Assembly: GCA_964016885.1 (NCBI GenBank)
Contig: OZ024761.1
Span: 14,632,001 to 14,696,000, forward strand
DNA from: Eledone cirrhosa
Taxonomy: Eukaryota
Length of the DNA stretch: 64,000 nucleotides
Direction: 5' to 3'
Of the stretch, positions 13,255 through 24,125 are shown piece by piece; the first letter of the stretch is position 1; the number at the start of each line of letters is the position of its first letter. The position numbers and the translations under genes are program-made. Under the pieces are notes generated by a model. It saw only the letters and a program-made list of their open reading frames with translations, did no database searches and was not told the DNA's origin.

Positions 13255-13650
13255 CACACACACAAACACTCATACACAAACACACACAATCACACACACA
13301 CACAAACACACACAAACACATACACACACACAAACGCACACACAAACACACAAACACAGACAAACACACAGACAAACACACTCACACACAAACACACATA
13401 CATACACACACAAACACAAACACACAAACACTCACACACACACACAAACACACACATACACACACAAACACACACATACACAAACACACACACCCACACA
13501 CAAACAAACAAACACTCACACACAAACACACACACACACACACACACACAAACAGACACAATCACACACACACACAAACACACACACACGCAAACACACA
13601 CACACACAAACACACACACGCAAACACACACACACATACACACACACAGA
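12425..13650. repeat. Degenerate (GT)n tract followed by an inverted (CA)n tract
   Basis: GT-rich at 12425-12898 and CA-rich at 12995-13650; both share the variant motif gtgattgtgtctgtttgt / acaaacagacacaatcac. Confidence 0.9.
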
Positions 13651-13656
13651 CATTGT

Positions 13657-13862
13657 CATCATCATCATTTGACGTTCGCTTTTCCTTGCTTGTAAGGCTG
13701 GGACGGGTCCTTTTCAGCACAGCATCTCTCCATTCGTCACGGTCCTTCGTCATCTCCTCTGTGAGCTTCAGCGATCTGAGGTCAGCTCTTGCCACCTCCG
13801 CCCATGATTTTCGTGGTCTTCCTCTACTGCGTCTTCCTTCCACTGGGATTTCTTGGCACTTC
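13657..13862 (-). mobile_element. 3' end of an RTE-clade LINE
   Basis: EGRRSRGRPRKSWAEVARADLRSLKLTEEMTKDRDEWR is a typical RTE ORF C-terminus, followed by an (ATG)n tail. Confidence 0.8.
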
Positions 13863-13884
13863 TTATATATATATATATATATAT

Positions 13885-14440
13885 AGGAAAATGTATGACC
13901 CCGACGGCAGAGCTCAAGCCGTTCCGACGGCTATTTCTGGACTCCTTATTTCTGGACGGCTATTTCTGCGTCCAGAAATAGCCGTTGAAACGCCTTGAGC
14001 TCTGCCGTCGGGGTCATACATTTTCCTATTACCCACTGTACTACCTTAAGTATTGAGTACTCTGGTGCGTTATGGTTCATATGGTTCCTTACCACAACTC
14101 CTTCGTTATATATATATATATATATATATATAGATATATATATAACGGAGGAAATGTGGTAAGGAACCAGGTGGACCATAACACACCAAAGTACTCAATA
14201 CTTAGGGTAGTAGAGTGGGTAATGGGAACGAGTAGGACCCCGACGGATGTGCTCAAGCCGTTTCGACGGCTAATTCTGGACTAAATGAAAATTTCTATCC
14301 TGGTATTTGAATAGCCGAGCTTCTCAAGGGGTAATTCCATATATGGTAAAAGTGATTGTCACAAGGATTGGTCAAAAGTTTGTTGTTGAGACATAATAAT
14401 TCTATCATGGCAATTTGTGGAGGGAAGGGTTATATATATA

Positions 14441-14479
<39 letters not shown>

Positions 14480-14716
14480 GTGTGTGAGAAAGAGAGAGAG
14501 AGAGACATATATATATATATATAACGAAGAAAATGTGGTACGGAACCAGATGGACCATAACGCACCAAAGTACTCAATACTTAGGGTAGTAGAGTGGGTA
14601 ATAGGAACGAGTAGAACCCTGTCGGCTGAGCTCAAGCCGTTTCGACGGCTAATTCTGGACTCAGAATTAGCCGTCGAAACGGCTTGAGCTCAGCCGTCGG
14701 GGTCCTACTCGTTCCT
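13885..14716. mobile_element. Three adjacent family C elements (13885-14107, 14144-~14400, 14523-14716)
   Basis: Shared ~140-bp core (gtggtaaggaaccagatggaccataacgcacc...gagctcaagccgtttcgacggc), separated by simple repeats. The first and third copies are fold-backs. Confidence 0.8.
14224..14340 (-). ncRNA. Type I hammerhead ribozyme, U3-A8 core variant, GUC cleavage site
   Basis: Minus strand: acccc-TTGAGAA(14327-14321)-g..cggcta[long loop]tagccg.c-GAA-Acgg..ccgT-C-ggggt. Stems I, II and III all pair. Confidence 0.7.
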
Positions 14717-14738
14717 ATATATATATATATATATATAT

Positions 14739-14972
14739 AGTAATAATAATAAATTTGAAGACTAAAATCCAAGAGGGCTCGATAAGGATAAATATATATC
14801 AAATATTTAAGAACCGTAGAGCAAATATTTATTAAAATAACAGATTAAAGTTTAAGCAAAAAATCGCTGCTTTCACCCTTAACGGGATCTTCTGAAACTG
14901 TTTCAGAAGATCCCGTTAAGAGTGAAAGCAGCGATTCTTTGCTTAAACTTTAATCTGTTATTTTAATAAATA
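14739..14972. mobile_element. Family B fold-back element with a hammerhead-like fold (U4A core)
   Basis: Palindrome centred at 14899. (a)gttt-CAGAAGA-tccc gttaa gggt-GAA-Agca..tgcT-T-aaac(t). Homologs at 29139, 43842 and 47156. Confidence 0.65.
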
Positions 14973-14973
14973 A

Positions 14974-15034
<61 letters not shown>

Positions 15035-15432
15035 TGAATGGACAGATAGATCGTGAGATAAAGAACTAACTGGAAGGAATGGAAGTCTATTTTAGAGTCC
15101 GTTCCATCCATGGATCATTCCAAACCGGGAAGAAGTCTAAACGTTACTATCAACAGCCGATCATCTGAGTAGGTATCGTAGATTTTCTCATAAGTATAGA
15201 CCTATAAGTTCACTTGTCTCGGCTCCATCATAGTAGCACATGCCCATGTCAAAAAAATCTGTTTCTATTTGCACATACGCACACGCACACACACACACAC
15301 TCTCTCTCTCACACACACACACACATGTATTTGTGCATGTATATCAGTACACCTGAGTCAATGTGGCTACGTTTGTATTTGTGTTACTATGTATGTGTGT
15401 ATATCACACGCACATATACGCACACACACACA

Positions 15433-15471
<39 letters not shown>

Positions 15472-16308
15472 CATACACACACAAATGTATTTGTGTGTGT
15501 ATATCAGTACACCTGAGTGTATGTGGCTATGTTTGTATTACGTTACTATGTATATATGTATATATGTGTGTTTATATGTATATATTTGTGTCTGTATATA
15601 TATTTCTGTGTATTGTCGTAAATCTTTAGAAATATGACAATTTGAAATAAATATAGACAGTCTGACGTAAATGGCTGCTAAAAACAATGACAACAGTACA
15701 ACCCACATACATCATACATATATAGATAGACACACACACTGCTAAAAACAATGACAACAGTACAACCCACATACATCATACATATATAGATAGACACACA
15801 CACACACACACACAGATATACAACCGTATATCACACATATACATACATTTATATGCATGCATACAAATTCGTACGTACAAGCGCGCACACGTAGACATAC
15901 ATATATACGCACATACAGACATGTACATACACACAGACATATATACCCACACACAGACATATACACACACACACACACATACATATATATACACACATAC
16001 ATACATACACACATATACACACACACACACATATATATATACGCTTATACATACATATATATATATATACATACACACATACATGCATATACACACCTGT
16101 CTCACACTATCTTTTACTGCCTTTCCTTTTTTTTCAGGCGTTCTTTTTTGTGTCTATAACTCATTCTCTTTCTTACACACACACACACACACTCTCTCTC
16201 TCTCTCTGACGTACATATAATATAAACACACTGATGCAATCAATCACACACATACTGACACCAAACATACACTTGAAGAGCTATCAGTGAATGACAAGCC
16301 AAGACCTA

Positions 16309-16403
16309 TCATATTTCTCGACGCCGAAGACGTTTCGTCCTTGAGGACGCACCATCATTTTGACAACCCAAAATTTGAAGAAAAAAACCCCCAAAAAAAA
16401 ACC

Positions 16404-16440
<37 letters not shown>

Positions 16441-16517
16441 CGGTCTCCAGGACGCATGGTAGATTTTTTAGACTTATTTTATGAAAAAAGAAGGGTCTTC
16501 GACGCCGAGAAATACGG
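16309..16517. mobile_element. Tc1/mariner-superfamily (pogo/Tc2-like) MITE
   Basis: TIRs tcatatttctcgacgccgaagac / gtcttcgacgccgagaaatacgg with TA TSD. Homolog at 38161. Confidence 0.85.
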
Positions 16518-16604
16518 TATATCAAACATATTTGAGATAATAGAAATTGCAATCCTTCTGATCTGCCGAATATGATGAATAATAGAATTGGATGGGGGAC
16601 AGAG

Positions 16605-17640
16605 ACTCAAGGTGATCCGTGCAAACATCCGGAATCCGGCGTTTATGGAACATTTTTAAAACATGGCGGAGCCAATCTTATTTCCAGGTTTGAATACAGC
16701 AGGTTTCTTCCAGAGAAGGAGAGAGAATGTGAGAGAGAGAGAGAGGAAGTGAGAAAGAGATACAGAGGAAGAATCGAACCCAGAACTAGACTAGTATTGG
16801 ATTGGCAATATCGGTAGAGGGTCGGACGCCATGCTTTCCAGCATAGTTACGTCCCTTTACGATCTGAGTTCAAATCCCGCCGAGGTTGACTTTGCCTTTC
16901 ATCCTTACGGGGTCGATAAAATAAAGTACCAGTAATGCACTGGGTAATTGCTGGCCTTGTGCCTAAAGTAGAAACAATTATATTTCTATGTATAAGTTCA
17001 AATCCCGCCGCGGTTAACTTTGCCTTTCATCCTTACGGGGTCGATAAAATAAAGTACCAGTAATACACTGGAGTAATTGCTGGCCTTGTGCCAAAAGTAG
17101 AAACAATTATATTTCTATGCATGTATGGTTCTGTAACTCTTGATGGAGTTGTAGGAGTACCATTCTGATATATGATGTTTGTAGGGCATTTTAAAAATCT
17201 AGTGTAATAATTGTTTCTACTTCTGGCACAAGGCCAGCAATTACTCACTACATTACTGGTACTTTCTTTTATCGACCCCGTAAGGATGAAAGGCAAAGTT
17301 AACCTCGGCGGGATTTGAACTCAGATCATAAACGGACGTAACTCTATGCGACAAAGCATGGCGTCCGATCCTCTACTGATACTGACAATCCACCGAGTGT
17401 CATAACGGTTTCTACTTTTGGCACACGGCCAGCAATTACCCAGTGCATTACTGGTACTTTATTTTATCGACCCCGTAAGGATGAAAGGCAAAGTTAGCTT
17501 CAGCGGGATTTGAAATCAGATCGTAAAGGGACGTAACTCTATGCTGCAAAGCATGGTGTCCGACCCTCTACCGATGCTGCAAAGCATGGTATCCGACTCT
17601 CTACCGATACTGCCAATCCACTGCCGTAAAACCTAGTCTA
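16605..17640. mobile_element. Cluster of six SINE pieces in both orientations
   Basis: Long-tail minus piece 16605-16796; short-tail plus 16799-16982 with a partial duplicate at 16995-17112; long-tail fragment 17130-17200; two short-tail minus copies at 17205-17395 and 17405-17625. Confidence 0.85.
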
Positions 17641-18443
17641 ATAATAAAATTTAGGCTCAATCAATATATATCTATTTTTATCGCTTAGTCAATATATATA
17701 TTGATTGCTTGATGGAATAGAAAGAGCTACAACCCATGCCCTATTATTTTTCTCGAGGCTTCCGAGACAAGTAAGGAGTGGTGAGCTATTCACCGGAACT
17801 AATGCTGGTGTTTTCCTATGGTATGTTGAGTTGGTTCCAGTCAGGACATTCATAACATAGTGAACAGAGGCCACCCAAACACCGCGCTCACAAATGTTTA
17901 ACACAGATATTATTGGTCAGTCATGAATTATAAGGAGCAAATAATTTAGCTCAAGATCCGACTTCACCATACCAATCCACGTCTTTAAATGTCCGACTGT
18001 GCGAAAGAGAGAGATTTCACCTCCAAAAATGAGACGGCTGTAATAGTAAAATTTACATTACACCCTAGGGCTCCAATTGTTAAAAGGGGACCGAAACACA
18101 TGAAACCTTAGGGGCTCAGCCATAGATTACTTAAAACACCCAATGGGGGAAGATATATTTGAACCAGAGACCTGGTTCAAATGCTTGCACCAACAGAATA
18201 GAGTTCGCTAAAGGTACAAAAAATAGGCTCGAGATTTGGCTGCTATTTCTAGCATTAGAAAGTCGAAGTCGTGAGACGACCACGTACCCTCGAAAAGTGT
18301 TTAATCGATAATTTAAATATTATATTCAATAGGATTTTTACATTTATAAAATTAAAAAGAAAATTTGAAACAGCAGTCAAATCTCCTTCAATATTAGTTG
18401 ACAGTTTAATATGGTATGGAATAGGGTCCTTACTTTTGATGAA

Positions 18444-18685
18444 CCCGACAGGTAACAGCCGATGCAAGTAGTTTGTCCTCAAATGGTGGTTCAAGATGGA
18501 AAACGTGCGCATGCGTACGACGTAACTACCGTAACTTCCTCCTGCTACCATCCTGGTTTTGTCGTTTGAAGAAAGGGTGGTAAGAGAAGTGGGAGGAAGG
18601 AAGGAAGTTGTGGTGGTCACGTTGTCGGCATTCGAGTGTTTTCCAGTTGAGGACAAACTACCTGCCTCGGTTGTTACCTGTCGGG
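18444..18685. mobile_element. MITE-like element with ~39-bp terminal inverted repeats
   Basis: cccgacaggtaacagccgatgcaagtagtttgtcctcaa versus ttgaggacaaactacctgcctcggttgttacctgtcggg (3 mismatches). No clear TSD. Confidence 0.55.
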
Positions 18686-18844
18686 AAACTACATCTTTCA
18701 AAACTTCCATGCTTCCCGAAATTCAGCAACACTACACCTGACATTCCCCATCCAAACACACACACGCACGCATGTATCTGTGTCTTTTTCATGACTCATA
18801 CACTCTTCACTTTCCTGATATTTGTGCATTATTCTTGGGTAATG

Positions 18845-19048
18845 GGCTCGCAGTATCGGTAGAGGGTCGGACGCAATGCTTTCCGGCATAGAGTTACGTT
18901 CCTTTACAGTCTGAGTTCAAATCCCGTTCCTTTACAGTCTGAGTTCAAATCCCGCCGTGCCGTTTATCCTTACGGGGTCGATAAAATAAAGTACCAGTAA
19001 TGCACTGAGATAATTGCTGGCTTCGTGCCAAAAGTGGAAACAATTATT
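18845..19048 (+). mobile_element. tRNA-derived SINE, short-tail subfamily
   Basis: cagtatcggtagagggtcggac head, internally duplicated gagttcaaatccc B-box, and gtggaaacaattatt tail. Confidence 0.85.
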
Positions 19049-19459
19049 CTATGTACTATACAAGCATTTTTGATGAGTTGTAGTGCACCCTAGTACTGTA
19101 CACAATAATAATGATAATTTCATTATTATTATATATATATTACTATATATATATGTATAATACGGATGTGAGAAAAAGTACTCAATACCAGAGTAGAATT
19201 TAAGTATTTATTTAATCGGACTTTTCACCTGTGCAATCGCAGAATATGGATTACCTACAAGTTGAAAATCGATATCATCAAAGGTAAGAACCCTATTCAA
19301 TACCGGATTGAAGGAGATTTGATTGCTATTTCCAAAAAAATTTAATTTTTTATAAACGTAAAAATCTTATTGTATATAGTATTAAATATCAACTAAACAT
19401 TTTTCTGTTGCCATGTTGCCAATAAAAACAAACGCAGCAACTGAGTTTCATTTCAATTT

Positions 19460-19655
19460 CAGATCTGTCAATTCTCCCCGTCCGACGGGGAGATTTTCAA
19501 TAGCCTTTGGGGTGGGTGAGATATGTCTTCTCTTGTGAAAATGGGTGTAGTTTTCATTATGTAAAATCTCCTCATTTTGCCTCATTTTTCCCCCGTTTCG
19601 GGGCACTTTTTTTCATGGTACACCTTGTTTGGATTTTTAGAGGTTGGCAGGTCAG
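19460..19655. mobile_element. hAT-like MITE with apparent 6-bp TSD
   Basis: TIRs cagatctgtcaattctc / gaggttggcaggtcag, with caattt on both flanks. Confidence 0.55.
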
Positions 19656-19679
19656 CAATTTTGTTATTAGTTTCTACTA

Positions 19680-20130
19680 AGGGTTGTGGGTTGACATAAT
19701 TGGTAGAGTGTCAGATAAAATGCTACATTTTGTTACATTTGTTCTGGCTCTTTGATCATGTGTTCAAATTATGTCAAGATCAACTTTGCGTTTTATCTTT
19801 CCGAGGTCGATAAAATAAAATACCAGTAACGCACTGAGGTCAATTTAATCGAATTTCTCCTGAAAAAAAAAAAAAATGATGGCTTTGTGCCTAAATAAGA
19901 AACCACTATTAGTGGGAGGAGGGTGGCGGATTGGCTGTATCGGTAGAGGGTCGGACAACATGCTTAGCAGCATAGTTATGGCCCTTTACATTCTGAGTTC
20001 AAATCCCGCCGAGGTTAACTTTGCCTTTCATCCTTACGGGGTAGATAAAATAAAGTACCAGTAATGCACTGGGGTAGATTTAATCAACTTTCACCCTCCC
20101 CCTTGTGTCTAAAGTAGAAAGAATTATTAT
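19680..20130 (+). mobile_element. Two tandem short-tail SINEs (diverged 19680-19910; younger 19921-20130)
   Basis: Both have the head, B-box, gtcgataaaataaa..taccagt core and tail. Confidence 0.85.
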
Positions 20131-20624
20131 TTAAGTAACTAATTCATTCTTCGGTTAGTTTAAAAACTAGATGATCTTTTTTTTTTATTTGCAACAGATC
20201 ATCTCAAAGTATAACAATATCTGTTTTAATACATGATTTCACATCAAATATTTCCCTCTCATTTATGGCATTTACAGTCGTTTCCAATACTGCTTTCCTT
20301 TTCTGTATGTTTGACCAATTTATAATTATATCAACTCTCTATACTTTTCTAATGACATGAGTTAATGTCAAAGAATATATATATATATATATATATATAA
20401 TAAGGATACTATTTATGGTTATGTATATATTAAACTTTTTATAGTTATGTATATTTTAAACCTTAAACAGTGAAGGTCAGTAATTTATTACTACCTTATT
20501 ACCAGTAAGATAAATAGCTCAATGTAATAACATCAGTTGTTCTACAGAGCAATTATATAGAATTCTATATATTCTATATATATATATAAATCGCCGTGAA
20601 AATGAAATTATCACATGACAGGTG

Positions 20625-20725
20625 CAATGTATCCGAACACCGAAGAGCCGAACTTCCACCGTCATCGCTCCCATCTCTCTGTATAGTGAGCAAATGGGGT
20701 CCCACGTGCTGGCCGCCCCACAGCC
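20625..20725 (-). repeat. Dispersed repeat, homologous to 54495-54605
   Basis: Reverse complement ggggcggccagcacgtgggaccccatttgctcac..gagatggga matches ggggcagccagcgcgtgggccccaatttgctcat..gagatgggg. Confidence 0.65.
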
Positions 20726-20920
20726 CCGACGAACAGAATGGAGAAGGCTTTTTCCCCAGAGGATGTTAAGGGAGATGCGCTGGAAGAGACATTCCAATAG
20801 ATTTATTCACCGTTTCATAGATATATGTGTATTTAAAAAATGGATGCATGATTTTCTACATTTTATCAAAAGTCTTTTTCTTCTTCAAAGAGAAAATTAT
20901 TAATACAAAAACGAAATATT

Positions 20921-21675
20921 AGGATCGCTAAAAATTCGTTCGGTTTTTAAGCGAAAAATAAGACAAAATTTTTAAACAGCGATTTATTAAAAAAAAAAAA
21001 AAAAAGGTAACGAGGTTTTTGGCAATCCCATCTGACCTCTGACATGTTCGCAATCAACGTTTTTTCCCCGAAAACAGAATGGGGGAGGGAAGGGGGTCCT
21101 CGGGTTTCTTCTGTGGGAATTTTCTTTTTGTAGTTTTTTTTGTGTGGATGTTATCCAACAATCTTGCTCGGAGTCTACCCCTGGGTCTCTTGCCGGTTGG
21201 TTTTGCTCGTAAAATCTGTCCAGAGTGTCTCTCTGATCTCCGAGATCCATGAGCTTGGCTGGTCACGTTTGAGGATCCAGTCGGATCAGTTGGAGACGGT
21301 TATTTCTGTCAGGACCTGCTGAAAGGAGTGTTTGAGGACTCTGCCCCCGCGATCCTCTCAGAAATAAATGGGCGAAGGAAAAGGTTTATTTCGTTTGTTT
21401 GAAACCAATCTGACACCCGACTCACTCGCAAAGGACTTCTTTTTCCGAAAACAGAAGCAGGGAGAGAGAGTGACCCTCGGAGTTAAAGATAAGCGCCTCC
21501 TCAGCCGTTTAATTTTATAGAGCAGCGCCCGCTGGGAATCGCTAAATTCCGTTTTCGGGGAAAAAATCGATTGCGGGGTTATCGGAGGTCAGAATAGTTG
21601 AAAATACACAAAACAAACAAAATAATAATAATAATAAATAAATAAATAAGAAAACAAATCTTCTTAACGAACCCC
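20921..21675. mobile_element. Old inverted-repeat DNA element hosting an RTE insertion
   Basis: ~50-bp inverted pair at 21031-21080 and 21546-21593 (tctgacct..gcaatc..ttttccccgaaaac), with an extra direct copy near 21410. Outer boundaries are approximate. Confidence 0.45.
21144..21384. mobile_element. 5'-inverted RTE LINE 3' end
   Basis: Minus 21235-21144 reads QILRAKPTGKRPRGRLRARLLDNIH; plus from 21245 continues IHELGWSRLRIQ...LRTLPPR. Confidence 0.7.
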
Positions 21676-21830
21676 AGCGGGTGCTTTTCTATGAATTTGC
21701 CATATATATTATATATTGGCCGAGAACATGATTATTGTGGATTTACTTCCTGACACAATTCGCTACTTTTCGAAAGTGTTGACCATACCTTTTTTTTTTT
21801 AAATGAAATTAATACTTTTAATCTGACAGA

Positions 21831-22045
21831 CAGAGCCAGATTAATCATAAAGCAAATTAAACACAGGCTTAGACTATCAAGCAAAGAGCGGCACTATTTT
21901 ATTCAAATTAAATGTCATTCTCCCCGTCCTCCCAAACGTCCTCCCCAAAAAAGGAAGAAGAAATTTGCAAACTATATATATATATGGGGACGGGGCCATA
22001 ATCTTTTAAATGCTTAGGGTCTCAAAATGATTTAATCCGGTCTCG
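21831..22045. mobile_element. hAT MITE
   Basis: TIRs cagagccagattaa / ttaatccggtctcg. Imperfect 8-bp TSD ctgacaga / ctgacatg. Confidence 0.65.
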
Positions 22046-22484
22046 CTGACATGGTTATTATTGTTGCTGGTGTTATTGTTAAGGTCAACCATGACTGGTT
22101 CTCGATAACGTTAACGGCTCGCTGGAAAAGACTGACGGTCACACGTCAATTCCCGCGAGATTTCAAATAACACAGGGACATCTGCGGTGTGTCGTATCAC
22201 TCGTGACAGGCAATTTGTTTTTATTAACAGTATTAAACAATAAGATAAGCTAAATAGATAAATAAAGGAGTAACTAAGTCAGCCAGCCAGCCAGTCAATC
22301 AAAGTAAAGGCTCTGTGGTGATTCTGTTGTTACATGATGGGAATATATTAGCAAGGAGCTTTTTTTTTCTTAACTCTAAAAGGGAAAATGGAGGTGTGTG
22401 TGTAGGGAAGAGGGGGGATATTGACAATGGATCTCGTTTCAGAATTTTTTTTCTTAATCTGCTCGATTTACTGATACATACATA

Positions 22485-22739
22485 GGCGCCTGGCTGAGTG
22501 GTTACATAATTGGATTCGCAATCGTGAGGTTGTGATTTCGATTCCCAGACCGGGTGATGCGTTGTGTCCTTGAGTAAAACACTTTATTTCACGTTGCTCT
22601 TTCTGCCTGGAATTGCGACCGACAGATAGTATTAGCAATTAGAAAGACCAATGGAAATATTGTTTCCTCAGCCCGATTTGACGAGTGCCACTCCACTCGT
22701 TAAGTGAATGAGGTCTGAGATCTTGTCGATCGACTGTTG
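22485..22739 (+). mobile_element. tRNA-derived SINE of a second family (CORE-like central domain)
   Basis: A-box tggctgagtgg, B-box-like tttcgattccc, gtgtccttgagtaaaacacttta core. Possible TSD acataggc. Confidence 0.75.
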
Positions 22740-22792
22740 ACATAGGCACGCACGTACATACGCACATACGTACATATGTATGTTCGTACGTG

Positions 22793-23190
22793 TGGAGTAG
22801 CCATGTAGTGAGAATTGATGATGATCACATCCTTAGGCAGTTCCTGTATGGTGAGCTGGTCGAAGGTAAACGACCGGCGCACAAACCAAAATTGAGGTAC
22901 AGGGGTTGCATTTAAAGCACACTGAAGAAGATGAAAATATCAGAGAATGACCAGGAGAACCTCGCTCTAGATAGACTTTCTTGGAGGAAGGGAGTGCATC
23001 ATTGATAGGAGCGGAGAATTTGAAAGAAACCGTGTTGAACATGAACAGTTCAAGTGGTATGCTCGAAAAGACATTGAGTCTGGTTTGTCTAAGCATGTTG
23101 GCATGCAGGTTGATTTAACCTGTAAAGAATGTGGCCGGTTATGTCTAAGTAGGGTGGGCCCTGGAAGTCATCAGAGAAGCTACGTACACG
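22793..23190 (+). pseudogene. RTE (BovB-like) LINE ORF C-terminus, disrupted
   Basis: WSSHVVRIDDDHILRQFLYGELVEGKRPAHKPKLRY...ALDRLSWRKG, then after a frameshift TCKECGRLCLSRVGPGSHQRS. Confidence 0.85.
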
Positions 23191-23226
23191 GAGACACTGT
23201 CAACTGTGAATTGTATGGCATTTCTA

Positions 23227-23412
23227 GGGCGGTGAATTGGCAGTATCGGTAGAGAGTCGGACATGTTTTCCAGCATAGTTACGTCCCTATACGATCTGAG
23301 TTCAAATCCCGCCGAGGTTAACTTTGCCTTTCATACTTACGGGGTGGATAAAATAAAGTACCAGTAACGTACTGGGTAATTGCTGGCCTTGTGTTAAAAG
23401 TAGACACAATTA
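23227..23412 (+). mobile_element. Full-length short-tail SINE
   Basis: Complete from head to tail; 12-bp TSD tatgg(c/t)atttct. Confidence 0.9.
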
Positions 23413-23724
23413 TATGGTATTTCTGTTTGTGGGGAGTGTGCCACAGTTGGTGAACTGAAACGTCATTTGAAAGTGCACCAAAACAGGACCGTAACATCTA
23501 CTGTGAGAGGCCTCCATTGTTGCAGCGTCTGTGCAAGTTCCTAGCAGGACTAAAACGTCATGAGGAAAAATAATGTAGCTCCTTAATTCATAAGAGGATT
23601 TCGATGTCTGGAACCTTCCAAATCTGTAAAACATCCTTTGACAGAAACTTCCTTTTCTTTACAACTTTGCCACCGGGAAGGTCCTTGGTCAAAAATAAAA
23701 ATAAAATTTAAGAGAGAGACAAAA

Positions 23725-24125
23725 CTGTACATACATATGTACGTACATACACATACGTACATGCGAACGTACATACACATACGTACATACGAACGTACGT
23801 ACATACATACATACGAACAGACGTACATACATACATACGAACGTACGTACATACATACATACGAACATACGTACATACATACATACGAACATACGTACGA
23901 ACGTACGTACATACATACGAACGTACGTACATACATACGAACGTACGTACATACATACGAACGTACGTACATACATACGAACGTACGTACATACATACAT
24001 ACATACATACGAACGTACGTACATACATACATACGAACGTACGTACATACATACGAACGTACGTACATACATACATACGAATGTACGTACAAACGTACAT
24101 ACATACGAATGTACGTACATACATA
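23725..24125. repeat. Compound (ACAT)/(ACGT)/(ACGA) tetranucleotide repeat
   Basis: acgtacgtacatacatacga units. Confidence 0.9.

Noticed and set aside
18436-18700. TTGATGA...long inverted repeat...GAAA read as a giant-stem-II hammerhead
   Set aside because: No stem I pairing and a wrong closing pair; kept only as an inverted-repeat element.
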